64,000 nt of DNA from Malacoraja senta (lineage: Eukaryota). Shown here piece by piece: positions 23,137-36,023 of the stretch. Position 1 is the stretch's first letter. Each line of letters starts with the position of its first letter. The notes beneath the pieces are model-generated. The model saw nothing but the letters and a program-made list of their open reading frames with translations, made no database searches and was not told where the DNA came from. The DNA is taken from NCBI GenBank assembly GCA_038087875.1, contig JAXLNO010000146.1:1-64000 (forward strand), read 5' to 3'. Made by a program: the position numbers and the translations under genes.

Positions 23137-23310
23137 CAGGGGTCAGCAACCTTGTTCTGTATAGGGGCCAGGACGCATGTCTGAGTGGATGGCAGGCCAC
23201 ATCTATCACGAGCACACATGGATCCTGCCCCCACCCCGCCCCGGATGGCAGGCAACAAATCACGTGTCGCATAGATCCCGCCCCTTCGAGGATGCCACCA
23301 AAGATGGTGC
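23137..23310 (+). mobile_element. hAT-type MITE end fragment
   Basis: Begins CAGGGGTCAGCAACC, a hAT-like terminus, and truncates the foamy-like fragment. Confidence 0.45.
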
Positions 23311-23555
23311 ACTGGCCAAAGATCGTAGAGCGGAGCAAGATACTCCACTTTGCAGTATATGCACTATGCAAAATATACAGTATCAACAATGCCAACCTTT
23401 TGCACGGGTTTGTAACTGAAGGTGCTGGGTACAAACGCAAGGAGGTTGTGTTGAACTTCGTTAAAACATTGGTTTCATTAAGGCTGGGATATTGGGCACT
23501 GCACTATACAGCGCGAAAGCATGGCAGAGAGCACAGACAAGATTTACTGGAACAA

Positions 23556-23668
23556 TGAAGGAAGGAACTGCAGATGCTTGTTTACATCGAAGGTAGACAC
23601 AAATTGCAGGAGTAACCCAGCGGGACAGGCAGCATCTCTGGAGAGAAGGATAGGGTGACGTTTCGGAT
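23556..23668 (-). mobile_element. Penelope terminal fragment with partial hammerhead
   Basis: Homologous to 2218-2295; GAAACGTCACC present, CUGANGA half missing. Confidence 0.75.
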
Positions 23669-23825
23669 CTTTGTCAGTGTTCGCAGTGTTAAGATAAATT
23701 TCTCAGAATCGGGGGAACTGCACTCACGGCTTGCTTTATCAGTTCAGCTACCATAACCATTCGAAAAGCACATCGAAACTCCTTCACTGATGGATTGTCT
23801 CGGAATCCGCCCTTTCGCCGAACAG

Positions 23826-25295
23826 TAATAATAATAATAATAATAATGCATTTTATTTGCTGGCGCCTTTCTGGACACCCAAGGACACCTTACAGGACAT
23901 AAAATCACAATACATTTATCAATATTAAAATCTAGTTGATTAAAAACAAAAAACTATAAAAACTAAAAATACACAAAACATTTTAAGTAATTAAAATCAG
24001 GGTGAATATGGTGGAAGTTATGTCGGGTATGCTAATCTAAACAGGTGTGTTTTGAGTTGTGATTTGAATTGATCGATAGTGTCCAGGTGACGGATGGGAG
24101 GTGGGAGAGTGTTCCAGAGACGTGGGGCAGAGCAGCTGAAGGCTCTGGCACCCATGGTGCTGAGTCTAAATGTGGGGACAGTTAAAATTGCAGCTGAGGA
24201 GGAACGAAGTGACCGGGAAGGAGTGTATGGTAGCAGCAGGTCAGAGAGGTATTGGGGAGCAAGGTGGTGTAGGGCTTTGAAGGTCAGCAGTAAAATCTTG
24301 TAGTTAATCCGGTGGTGCACAGGGAGCCAGTGGAGCTGAGTGAGGATGGGTGTGATGATGTCCGATCTGGTGCGGGTGATGATCTGGGCTGCAGAGTTCT
24401 GAATGCGTTGGAGGCGATGAAGAAGTTTATTGGAGGTGCAAGTGAGGAGGGCGTTGCAGTAATCGATGCGGGATGTGACCAGAGCGTGGATGAGGACTTT
24501 TGTATTGTCTTTTGAGAGGGAGGGGCGGAGTCTGGAGATGTTGCGGAAATGAAAGTATGCAGAGCGTGTGATATTGCTGATGTGGGGGCCAAAGGAGAGA
24601 GTACTGTCCAAAATGACGCCGAGACTTTTGACATGGGAGGAGGTGGGTATGGGTGAGCCATCAACTGAAATGGTGAATGGGTGGGTTTTGGAGAGTGTGG
24701 ACTTTGAGCCAATTAGCATGATTTCTGTTTTATCTCCATTGAGTTTTAGAAGGTTGAGCGACATCCAGTTGCTGATAGCTTGAAGACAGGTGGTGAGGGC
24801 ATTTGGGGGAAGGGAGGTGTTTGGTTTTGTGGAGAGGTAAAGTTGTGTATCATCGGCGTAGCAGTGAAAATTGATTCCAAAATGACGGAGAATATTGCCA
24901 AGAGGTTGAATATAGATGATAAAAAGCAGTGGCCCCAGCACCGATCCCTGAGGAACACCATGGGTGACTGGCAGTTGTGGATGTGACTTTATTTCCCTGG
25001 ATGAACTGTTTTCTGTCGTGTAGATAGGACCTGAACCAAAGTAGTGCATTGTTGTTGATGCCGGTGGCAGATAGACGTTCCAGAAGAATTGGGTGGGAGA
25101 TGGTGTCAAAGGCTGCTGTGAGGTCGAGGAGGATTAGGATGGATAAGTGGCCGGTGTCAGCTGCGAGAAGGAGATCATTTGTAATTTTTACCAAGGCTGT
25201 GATGTGATTGCGGCGAAAACCGGACTGAAATGGTTCATAGAGGTTATTGTTTTGAAGGTGGACTTGAAGTTGTGTCGCTACTGTCCTTTCCAGAA
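23826..25295 (-). mobile_element. L2 LINE 3' part (RT ORF 24018-25109)
   Basis: [52 protein letters not shown]; (TTA)n tail. Confidence 0.9.
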
Positions 25296-26440
25296 GAGAA
25301 CAAATTCTCAACAATATCCTGATTAAGCCGAGATGTGAACAGAAAACGAGTGTCTGTGCTTTCCTTTATGTGCTGTCACAGCTGTGAAATGCAAGAAATT
25401 GCAAGCTGCCACCCCTTGACAAACAACGCATTTTTTGATCCAAACAATGTCAAGCTTTGGAGTAAAGGTAAGCATGAATCAAAAAATGACATGCGCAGAA
25501 TTTCTGAAATAGGTCTCAACTTTTTAGGGTCCTTGAAAAACCTGTTGTTAAATGAATCAAACAGTCCATCAATCATTTCAATGAATGCCGTATGAAGAGC
25601 CTCCCCAGGCAACTTTCCAAGAGCTGTATAGGTGCGGACGCCTGCTGCTGCTGAATGGCTGAGCACCTGCGCTGCCTTGTTAATTCTCATTTTAGAGATG
25701 CTGTTTAGAACAAAGTGGCCTCTGGTCAGTTTATGGGCTTTTCATATTCATAGAAGTTGCAAAAATGGGAATCATGTTCATAAAAGTTGTAAATATGTGC
25801 TCATCGGATATGTTTCTTTCTGCCATCCTCTCCCTTGACTTCAAAAGCATACTTTTCCAAATTTGACCGAGTGTTTTTTAACAAGTGTGGTGGATCATCC
25901 ATTCAATAGATCTTGGCTGCCCCGTGGACAAAGAAAGGCCAATCTTCTGTCACTCCCAAGTTGGTGTAGAGTCAAACATTACTTGAACCTTGGTCATAAA
26001 CCACAGCCTCACGGTGTAGTCCAATTGCCTTAACCATTTGTAAACATTCATTTAGTAATGATTGCAGTTTGTCAGCCGTTGTGGTGTCTCACGACAGAAA
26101 ATAACCTAGAGGTTGTTTCCATTTTCCCATCAAGCCTCTAACCGTGAAAACGATAGCATGGTTGGCAGGCCGTGACGTCTTCCCAAGGGATCCAATGTTC
26201 TCTAAACCCTCTACTAAATCTTCACTAATATTGTATGAGAGGCCGACAGGTAGACTCATTTCAACAAAGGACATTACACAGAACCTATCCCTCTCTGGCA
26301 TTCCTGCTATCCTGTCTTTCAAAAGTTCAAAGACCCAGGCCTCACTTTGATATTACTCAACCACCTACACAGAGATGTCTAGATTGGAATGGGTAATCTT
26401 GCTGTTTCTGAATGCATCCAACTCTTGGGTATAGACTTCT
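25296..26440 (-). pseudogene. P-element/THAP9-like transposase fragment
   Basis: CVMSF.EMSL, ANHAIVFTVRGLMGKWKQPLGYF and MRINKAAQVLSHSAAAG. Confidence 0.85.
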
Positions 26441-27078
26441 ACCTGTACTACTTGAATGATTACATTTTTAGCTTGGATGGATTCTTCAACAGTGCATTCA
26501 GGTTCACAGTAGTGCCAGTTCTTACAAGAACTGTTCTTCCCAGAGGTAGAGCTGAAGAAACGGATGATGTGCAGAAGACGTGTGATGGCGAGAGTTAGTG
26601 CCTTCCAGTTCCAGAAATTGGTAAAACGATAACCAAGTTATTTGGTGAAAGCTACATTGTTCAAGGTGAACACTTAAGGGCAAACTTCTGTATCTGCATT
26701 AGGATCAACAGGGTCATAGTTAGACTCAGGGAGGCAGTGTTGTGAACTGAACAGGAACTTGGGCTCAGTGAACCAGTTGGTGTCCATCAAATGACGTGCA
26801 GGAACAGATCGTGTAGCATGATCTGCTGGATTCTGTTCCGTAGACACATAGCGCCACTAGTCTGGTCGAGAAGATTTTTGGATCCATTGTATTCTGTTGC
26901 TGACATAGACGTAAAAACGCCTGGTCTCTTTGTAGATGTAGCCCAGGACCACTTTGCTGTCTGCGTAGAAGGTTATAGCGTCGAGCTGAAGATCTGGCTC
27001 CGTTGAAATTAGGTCAGCTATCTCCTCTGCTAGCAGACCTGCACACAGTTCCAGCCTTGGTATGGTGTGCTCAGCACC
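26441..27078 (-). mobile_element. BEL/Pao LTR retrotransposon pol fragment (RNase H region)
   Basis: My translation: TIPRLELCAGLLA...FYADSKVVLGYI...WRYVSTEQNPADHATR...WFTEPKFL. Confidence 0.88.
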
Positions 27079-27305
27079 ATCACTACTTGATCCACTACTT
27101 CTTCCGGTGTATGCCGGTGGTGCTGGAGCTGGCGAGTCTCCTTACTTGGGCCAGCTCAGTCCTAGGTCAGTCCTTAGGCCGTCATCATGTCCTGGGTCAG
27201 TTATTGCTTGCACAAACATGTCTCTAGCTTCATCTTTGTGCTGCCTTCCATGCACTAGGTGGGGTAAGTGTTCACTAATCTTGTCGTAGCCCATGACACG
27301 CTTTG

Positions 27306-28235
27306 TAGACCGTGGGCCGTACATCTAAAATGGGTCTAGATTTTAACTTTTGTGACCCATCTCTGGTATCTATATGAAATTTGGCACAGATTTAGATAAA
27401 AAATCATTGAGAAGGAATTCATAACTCGTCAGTGCAAAATGTTGCACACTAATTAATTAAGCTAATTAACAGATCTTCTATCTATGCTGATGTAAAAGCT
27501 CAGTGGTATCAATGAAAATAATATTCATGACAAAGTTAATATGTCAAGGAACCATCTACTCTTCAGTTGATTCTTCATCATCAGATTCCAACTCTTTTGT
27601 AGTGAGAGGGTTTCTGCAGTCAACACACTTACATAATTCAGTACATGGCGCACCATGCTGGTGACATGAGCATCTTCCTTTCCCTGTATTTGACTTCTCA
27701 CCGCTAGTTCTCTTGCATGAGCAGTAGGTTTGTTCTAGCAAGGTGCTTGGGGCTGGAGGCAGATCACCCCAGTCAATGTTTTGGAAGGAGTATCCTTCCT
27801 TTGGCTTTCAGGTACATGACATCCTGGGCAACTGACAGCAGACGGTAATGCAGCTCGTCAGGCACATCAACTTTCCCATATTCTTTGGGCTGACTGCTTG
27901 CTCCGGTGGTCCATGGCAAAAGGTTGTACAGGTCAGCTGGGTCAATCTCTTCAGCCTTATCTAATGTTGCGTCTTTTGAAGTTGGGGGCCATTGGGTGGG
28001 GTTTGGTTAGTTGACGATGCTGTTCTGCATAATCTGGGCTGCACGAAACATGTCTCTGAGGTCATGGGACGATGATCCTCCTTGTTGACTTTCACCGACA
28101 GTTTCGCTGCTCTCACTGTCCTCACTTGAATTATCTTGTACAACACCTTCAGCTTTCTTACACTTCCTTTTAACGGTCATGTCCTGCAGTTTTCTATTCT
28201 TAAATTGAAGTCGATAGTGTATGTGAACACTCACA
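27306..28235 (-). mobile_element. Academ DNA transposon remnant (one terminus, internally deleted transposase)
   Basis: Terminus TAGACCGTGGGCCG; subterminal region homologous to 58151-58320; C-terminal LPPAP..LL...CSCK...RCSC.....CTELCKCVDCRN Cys-rich domain. Confidence 0.7.
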
Positions 28236-28489
28236 TAGACTTGACTCTATACCCTCTCATCCTTCTAAATTCCAGAGTGTACTAGACTAAGTGGGACCCG
28301 TTGGGTCCCAGCAACACACGGGAGGGCTGGTCACCTAACGCAATATTCCACCTCTCCACCAATTCCAATATTGCTGGCCAGTGGGGGGGGGCTGCTTTTT
28401 CTTGCGCTAGTATGGGTGTTGTGGGCCAAAGGGACTGGTTTTCAGAGGGGTAGTATGGACATTGTGTGCCGAATAGATTCTTGGGCTGG

Positions 28490-28910
28490 CAGCTCAGTCA
28501 CTGAGGCCAGGCAGCTCAGTCACTGAGGGCTGGCAGTAGAGTCACTCAGACCTGGCAGGCTGACAGCTGAGAAACTGCGAGAAATTCTGCCCAAAACAGG
28601 TGACAGACTCTGATAGAGATGGGGGAGAGGGTGGACTAAATGGATAATTGGGCTGGCAGTGAAGTCACGCACGGCTGGTGGGCTGGCAGTTCAGTCACTT
28701 ACAGCTGGTGGGCTGGCAGTTCACTTACAGCTGGTGGGCTGGCAGTTCACTTACTCACGGCTCGTGGGCTGGCAGTGCAGTCACTCACGGCTGGTAGGCT
28801 GGCAGTTCAGTCACTGACAGCTGGTGGGCTGGCAGTTCACTTACTCACATCTCGTGGGCTGGTAGTGCAGTCACTCACACCTGGTGCGCTGGCAGTTCAC
28901 TCAGTCACCC
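28490..28910. repeat. About 30-bp minisatellite (GGCTGGTGGGCTGGCAGTTCAGTCACTCAC-like) in the Helitron
   Basis: Multiple tandem imperfect units are visible. Confidence 0.85.
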
Positions 28911-29351
28911 GTCCTCCCTTCACCCCCCCCACTCTGCTCCTTGCCATTCCCCTCCCCCCCCATGCATTCCGTCCATCTCCCCACATCCTCCCCCCATGCA
29001 CTCTTAGTGGCTCTCCCACAGAGCAGCCATTCCTGCCCATTAGGCTGCCATTGTGATGAAGAACACGCAGGCATGAAAAGTGGAAAAAGGATTTATTAAA
29101 GTTTAAAATGTGAATGACTCTTAAAATATAAGAACAATTTAAATGTTAAAGATGAGAATTATTAAGTTCTTTCTTGTTGTGTCTCTTGTTGCTGCTCACT
29201 GCATCTTTATGTCTCTTTGCTGTTGATAAAAAAAGACAATTTAAATATAGAGAGATTCAGCGGTCAAATTTTAACAGAAAATCTGAGAATTTATCTCAGA
29301 AGTTATCATTCAACGAAGCACGCTTTTAATGACAACATTCTTGGTCGATGT

Positions 29352-29726
29352 TCAATCCTTCAGGAAAACTTTGACATTTCCCTTCATCTTTCCTCGGCTA
29401 AGAGACACATATAGTTTTCCATGCTGAAATTCCGGTTTGTCGAGGTAGATCAACACCTTCTGCATTGTTTGTCCTTGTGCTTTATGGATCGTCATAGCAA
29501 AACTTGATTGAATGAGGAATTGGGTCTGCTGAAGGGGAATGTCTTCACCTTCTGTTAAATTGAGTGCATACACTGCTCTCTGCTCAGCATTCAGCAGAGA
29601 CCCATTCTCCTCAACAAATTGCTGTTGTTCAGTTCTATCGTATTGCAATTCCTGCAGCAATTCTGGATTGTCATCATCAAGGTGCATCCTTTCATTTCTT
29701 GGTTGTGGCAAATTAAAGAATTCCAT
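29352..29726 (-). pseudogene. Helitron RepHel PIF1-type helicase remnant, internally deleted
   Basis: LNAEQRAVY joined to QFLIQSSFAMTIHKAQGQT...FQHGKLYVSLSR (PIF1 motifs V and VI). Confidence 0.88.
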
Positions 29727-30287
29727 TGTTTTGTTGTAATTCTCAACCCTCTGGACTCGCTGAAGAATTTGTACAAAATATTTTTTAGCGACGGGGGCTG
29801 TCGGGGTGAGGTGGGGGGCGGCAAACGTCCTGCAGCCGAGGGAGGGGGACGGCTTCAGGCGGGGGCTCTCGTGGGGTGATGAGAGTGGGGGATGTCCTGC
29901 AGTGGGGGATGGGGGCGGATTCAGGAGGGGGGCGCATCCTATAGCCAGGCGGAGGGCAGCGTCTTGATGTGGGGGATGTCAGTGGGGGGGGCGGTGAGCG
30001 ACCTACTCATGGCCGCTGGACTCACTCACTGCCTTGGGACTAACTCATGGTCTGTGGACTGACTGACTTACTCACTCATGGCCTCTGGACTGACAGACTG
30101 AATCACGGCTTGTGGACTGACTGACATACCCGACTTCTGGAGTCAAGTCTGACTTTTGTAAACTGAAAACTGTAACATCCACATTGAGGAACAGCTTCGT
30201 CCTGACAGCCATCAGGCTATTAAACATAACGAATAAACTCTGAACTACGAAATGCTATATTATTTGTACTATTTGTTATTTGTTGAT

Positions 30288-30496
30288 CACACACACACCC
30301 TCCACCTCACACAGACTCACACGCACACACACAGACTCTCGCACACACACAAACTCACACACACGCACACACAGACTCTCACACACACACACACACACAC
30401 ACAGACTCAACACACACACACACAGACTCACACACACACACAGACACACACACACACATATACACACACATAGACTCACACTTACACAGACTTTCA

Positions 30497-30539
<43 letters not shown>

Positions 30540-30758
30540 TCATACACACAGACACACACACTCACACACAGACACAAACAAACACACACACACACACACA
30601 TATAGGGAGGTTGCACGGAAGTTGGGTCACGACCCGTGACCCACACTGTTGCTACGCTACGCCAACTGGAGTACACGCGAGGAACTGCAGGTAAGCACTG
30701 ACCATTGTTTCCAGCGTAGCGGGCCCGTTAAAACCCGCCGAAATTGTCAATTTTGTGA

Positions 30759-30797
<39 letters not shown>

Positions 30798-30846
30798 TGT
30801 GTGTGTCTGTGTGAGAGTGTGTGTGAGTGTGTGTCTGTGCGTGTGC
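30288..30846. repeat. (CA)n microsatellite 30288-30600 and (TG)n 30756-30846 flanking an ISL2EU-type terminus
   Basis: Directly visible; 30604-30755 is homologous to the reverse complement of 16880-17006. Confidence 0.9.
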
Positions 30847-32240
30847 ATAGGGGGGTTGCACGTAAGGTCACCGGGGCAAAGGGCTTGACGCATGGAGCCA
30901 CTCAGCGCCATCTTGCCGCTAACCGGAAATGACGTCATCGGCGCCATCTTGCCACTAAGTCACGGAATGAGCGCCAATTTTGCAATTAAACACAGTCCTG
31001 ATCTAATAAAATGTTTATTCACGCTTTATCCATTCGAAAACTGTTGCAATGATTTAAAAAACCAAGACAGACAATTTGGCAAACACTTTACAACCAATCA
31101 ATTTTGTGAAAATGTTTTAAAAGCCAAGACAAACAATTTGGCAAACACTTTACAACCACATCGAGGGGACTCACCGTCGAGTAGACGTGTGTTCAGTGTT
31201 ATTCGCAGCGCAGAGAGCCTTGACCCCTCGCTTCCTCCATCTCACAGAGACTGAGTGAAGGCTCTGTCTTACGTGTTTGCGGTCATCGTCGGTGAAGTGC
31301 GGCTTCGCCTGTAGAGTGGACCGCACAGCAACGGCGAGAGCGCCGAGCCTATGCCACGGGAGCGCGCACGGATGCTGCGCGGGGGCCGAGTGTTTTAAAT
31401 ACGGCTGGTCCCACGTGCTTGCGGTAAGTAAAAAAAAATGTTGCCTTGCTCGTTGCACGTTGCACGTACATCGGGTGACCATCGCACGGCCTGTCCAACG
31501 AGCATGCGAGGGGGGAGGGGGGACGTCCATTTTGAGAGGAGTCAAGCTCGAGCCTGACGCCATTTGGAGCGGAGTCTGGAAGCTCGAGCCTGACGCCATT
31601 TTTTTTCAGGTAAACAAAAGTCGCTGGCTATTTTTGTTCTTAAAACAACTTGTGTTATAGAAATGTGCTTTATAAAAGTCAATTTTATAAAGGGGGTTAG
31701 GGCCTAAGAATTGTAGACCAGCAATAACAAAGTTAGTAATAACAATAGGATGATTGTATATAAAAATAAATCAGTGGTCACTCGTGGTTGTCTGCATGGA
31801 GTTTGTAAATCATACAACACCTAAACAGGACCTTTAGCCCACCATGACCATGCCAACCAAGCTGGCATACTGGGCTAATGTCATTTATCTGCATTTGGCC
31901 CAGAGCTCTCTAAACCCTTCCTATCCATGCAACTGTCCAAATATCTTCCTCCATAAGCTACAGTTTCCTCCCACAAAGACTTGCCTGCTGGTAGGTTAAT
32001 TGGCCAACATAAATCACCTCAAGTGTGAAGGAGAGTGGGAGAATGTTCATTGCTTGGTCAACAGTAGCAGCTGTGTTCTTAGAGAGACCATGAACATAGA
32101 ACAGTATAACACAGGAACAGGCCCTTTGGCCCACAAAGTCCATGTCAACTCTCCCCACGTAAACTTTTTCAGAATATTCGCACTTATTCTTTCTCTTAAT
32201 TTTGCAGCAAACTTGATTAGGACCTGTAAACTACTGCACA

Positions 32241-33539
32241 ATGGAAGACATTGACATTGCATTGCTGCTACACCAACAGACTCTTCTCTTAGCAGCAGCC
32301 GTCATGGTTGCAGGTCATCCGTGCAGCAGTTCAACAAAGAAGGTTATGAAGAAGAAGCCCAGGAAGAGGTCTGTGTGGATGAGGTCTTTGTTCCGGATGA
32401 GACCTACTTTGGGCCAGTATGAGACCATGATGACGGATCTGCAGCGGGTAGATGATGCTGCCTTTAGAAATTTCACCAGGATCCCCCCTGACCTGTTTCA
32501 GGAGCTCAAGACACGAGTCGGACCTCTACTGCAGAAAATGGACACCGTCATGCGGAAGTCACTGGAACCAGGCCTGCGCCTAGCCATCACCCTCCGCTAC
32601 CTTGCATCAGGGGATTCCTACAAGAGCCTGTCGTATAACTTCCGTGTGGCTCACAACGCCATCAGCGGTGTAGTCCGAGAGACGTGTGACGCCATCAACA
32701 AAACATATGATGAGCTTATTGACTGCCCAAGTACACCAGACGGGTGGAGGAGTGTGGCGCACGGCTTTCAAAGCAGATGGAACTTCCTGCACACATGTGG
32801 GGCTGTTGACGGGAAGCATGTGGCCATCCGGTGTCCGCCCGGGGGAGGTTCTGTGTACTTTAACTACAAGAAGTTCCATTCCATCGTGCTGTTAGCTGTG
32901 GTAGATGCAAACTACAACTTCATGTTTGTGAATGTGGGCACACCTGGCAGTGCCGCAGATGGAGGGATCTGGAGAGAGACCTCCCTTGGGCAAGCATTGG
33001 AAGAAGGGAGAGCAGGCCTTCCGGATCCAGAACCTCTGCCGGGAGAAGACAACCCTGACATCCCCTACGCACTGGTTGGTGATGATGCCTTCGCACTCAG
33101 GCCATGGATGATGAAGCCATACCCTCACAGGGGGGTGTCAAGGGAGCAAAGGATCTTCAATTACAGGCTGTCCAGGACTAGGAGGGTAGTGGAGAATGCT
33201 TTTGGTATCCTTGCTAGCAGATTCAGATGCCTGCTGACAACAATGGAGCAGGAGCCCGAGAATGTGCAGGCCATTGTCTACGCGGCATGTGTCCTCCATA
33301 ACCTGATCCGCACCAGAGGTGCGTCTGCAGCCTTGGTGGAGGGTGACACGATGGACAAACAGACAGGTGAAGTCACACCAGGTTCATGGAGAGCTGCAAG
33401 ACCGGCATCACCGATGGTGGCACTAGGGTCATTGCAAGGAAACACCAGCAACAGAAGAGCAAAGGAGCTGAGGGACCATCTCTGTGCTTACTACAACTCA
33501 GAGCGAGGCAGTGTACCCTGGCAGGACAATGTGTTTTGA
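32241..33539 (+). CDS. Harbinger (HARBI1-like) DDE transposase, intact 432 aa
   Basis: FRNFTR, LAITLRYLASGDSY, GAVDGKHV (D), YFNYKKFHSIVL, LVGDDAF (D), FNYRLSRTRRVVENAFG (E), ACVLHN; no stops. Confidence 0.95.
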   Translation: MEDIDIALLLHQQTLLLAAAVMVAGHPCSSSTKKVMKKKPRKRSVWMRSLFRMRPTLGQYETMMTDLQRVDDAAFRNFTRIPPDLFQELKTRVGPLLQKMDTVMRKSLEPGLRLAITLRYLASGDSYKSLSYNFRVAHNAISGVVRETCDAINKTYDELIDCPSTPDGWRSVAHGFQSRWNFLHTCGAVDGKHVAIRCPPGGGSVYFNYKKFHSIVLLAVVDANYNFMFVNVGTPGSAADGGIWRETSLGQALEEGRAGLPDPEPLPGEDNPDIPYALVGDDAFALRPWMMKPYPHRGVSREQRIFNYRLSRTRRVVENAFGILASRFRCLLTTMEQEPENVQAIVYAACVLHNLIRTRGASAALVEGDTMDKQTGEVTPGSWRAARPASPMVALGSLQGNTSNRRAKELRDHLCAYYNSERGSVPWQDNVF

Positions 33540-34140
33540 GGATCAAAAGCAAACAGGGGATGTCAGGGTTGTGTTCTCACGGCAGAGGTACCCGATCATG
33601 AAGGCCCCAGATCTAACAAAAGTGCGATCTATGTATGTTGATGGATGGTTTTACATTGTGAAATTATTAATTCTGTGTTAATAGTACCACCTACATCACC
33701 TATTTTAAAATTGCCTGATCTTTAAAGCGTTTAAATGCCATTGTTTGATTTTCATGGCTTATAATGAAAACATTTTGCAATTCAATGCTATTCTATGCCT
33801 GTTTGTGTTTTATTTCTCTAATAAATCAATGCTTTTGTATGTGAGATGCATTCCATCATTTCAGGTTGTTTCCATATGAGAGATCTACGCCATGATTAAC
33901 AGACACTTTTTTCCACAATACTATATTAAATTTAAACTGTTTATTTAGTGGAAACAATTAACATATTGAAAAACAAGCAATTCTTTTTAAATATGCAACA
34001 CAATTCAACAGAACATTGTTCATTAGTGAAAGCAAACAAATAACGTAGTGAGAAACAGTGAATTAAACGGTAATGTGCAACACACAAGCAGGCACAACAG
34101 TGAATTTTGGGGGCAACGTCACTCCTACGGCACATGTCAA

Positions 34141-36023
34141 TCTCAAATATAGAATTCTGTTACTTCTGTGCCGGAGTTTGTGCCATCTTCGGGACCCTCA
34201 AATTGGACATGGAATTTGCTTTCCCCTAGCCTATCCATGCCACGTGATGAATGATGTGGCGGTGGGGTGTGTCCACTGACATAGTGGGGGGGGGGCTGCC
34301 ATCCCGGGGTATGTCACAGGACGGGATTCCATCCTTGCCTGTGGGCAAAACACATAAGCGTATCAATATGTATCGGTGCCAAACAAATCATATAAAACAA
34401 ATCACAACCTTTCACAAGCTGTGTGTTAGAGAAAATCTTGAGTCAGGCTGAAGACTCAAAAATGTTTCACAGTGTACCTGGTGGGGATATTGTGGTGGCA
34501 TCCTCGTCTGTTGCAGTGGCACTAATGGCATATGCCTTATCGGACTCTGCAACACAAAGAAAATCGTAGTAAATGAATCATAGACGGCATTAAATTAAAA
34601 CTTTTTAAATTTCAATAAACTTTGATTTAAATATTTTCTGCTACGCCCTTGTCTGTGGAAGTCTGTGCGCCCTTGCCAAGGACAATCCCTCCATACTGTA
34701 GCGTTGCCAATTTTCCTCAGGGATCAAGAACATCTCCTCCCTGAGTAACATTGCATACGCATGCACAATTCTCTCCTGGGACGTCCTTGGCTGTGAGAAA
34801 GCGGTGATCATGCCTGACGTCGTCTTTGCCTGTTCCATGATCTGCAACAAGAGAGTACAATCATGATAATTATATTGTGGGATGCGATGGAGAAACGTGG
34901 AAGTAGGGCGGAGTGAAAGAGATTTGATGATGGGTAATCCAAAAGCACTTACATCCCTGAACATGTCCCGTTGCAGACTTTGGACAGGCACCTCGCTATC
35001 TGACGCAGTTGTGCTGACCCGCTTCCGTCTTGCATGCTGCTGCAGTTCGACAGCAGTGCATGACCCGGATGGTCCATGTGAAGGTCCCTCTAGTGGATCA
35101 GGCTCACCCTCACTCGAGTCCGCGCACGTTGATACACCCACAGTACACTAGAAGAAAGTGAATGCGTATCATAAATGTGCAAGGCCATCAGGACGTAGCA
35201 GGAAAAGTGAACACCAAGTTATCATTGTTAAAAATATTTTGTACTGACTTGCCAACTAATATTTATTGTCACATAATTTTCTGAGTTATTCACCTTCCTG
35301 CAACTTTCCTTCCTCTGCACTCTTACAATGTGGTCCCGCACGAACCCCCATTTCTCATATATCCACTGGTCTCTGTCAGTCAGAGTCCTACTGCCAGAGC
35401 CAGATTTGCCAAGACCTTGCGATATTTTCCCGAACCGTGTCCTCTGACTCTTTAGCCATTGGCACAGTTGGTCATCTGTGAAAAGATAGAATAAATGAAG
35501 ATAAGTGTTGAGCAACTTATCATTTGAATTGGAACCTCAATTACAAACACAGAAATGTAGATAAACTGAAAAATATGTACTTACAAGAGCAGTCAGGGAA
35601 CTCCTTCGCCTTTTCTCCAATTATGATGTTACGGAGACCCCTGTTCCTAAAATCACGGTGGGTCTTGTCGTACAGCTCATGGTGTGCCTGATACCATTCC
35701 ACCAAGTCCCCCTCTTGTTCTCGGGAAAAATTATATGGCTGTGAGCCAGACCTGTTCCACACCCATGCAGGGACAAAAGCTGGAGCAGGACATGGGCCAG
35801 CAGATGGGGCAGCGGATGGAGAAGCAGATGGGGCAGCAGATGTGGAAGCAGTTGAGGCAGGAGATGGGGCAGGAGATGGGACAGGTAATGAAGCAGGGGC
35901 AGGGGCAGGGGCAGGGCCAGTGGCTGGACCCTCCAGCACCTGAATGTTTTCCATAATAACTTTTTTTACATTATCCTGCATCGATCTCTTTACACTCCTT
36001 GTTCTCCTCATGTTGCTAGTCAA
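34141..36023 (-). CDS. Harbinger Myb/MADF DNA-binding partner, multi-exon. Predicted exons: 36023-35585, 35475-35294, 35147-34953, 34841-~34647, 34546-~34478, ~34338-34141
   Basis: MADF-like FSREQEGDLVEWYQAHHELYDKTHRDF...YDQLCQWLKSQRTRFGK. GT-AG sites keep frame for exons 1-4; the 3' exons are less certain (GC donor, poly-C run). Confidence 0.8.

Noticed and set aside
30252..30888. His/Thr- and Cys/Val-rich ORFs
   Set aside because: They are translations of CA/TG microsatellites.
31488..31508. Alternative left TIR of the Harbinger (GGCCTGTCCAACGAG)
   Set aside because: No TSD; the end at 31259 gives a longer match and restores the empty site.
32241..33539. Domesticated host HARBI1 gene
   Set aside because: It is flanked by TIRs and a TSD, paired with a MADF gene, and nested in other TEs.
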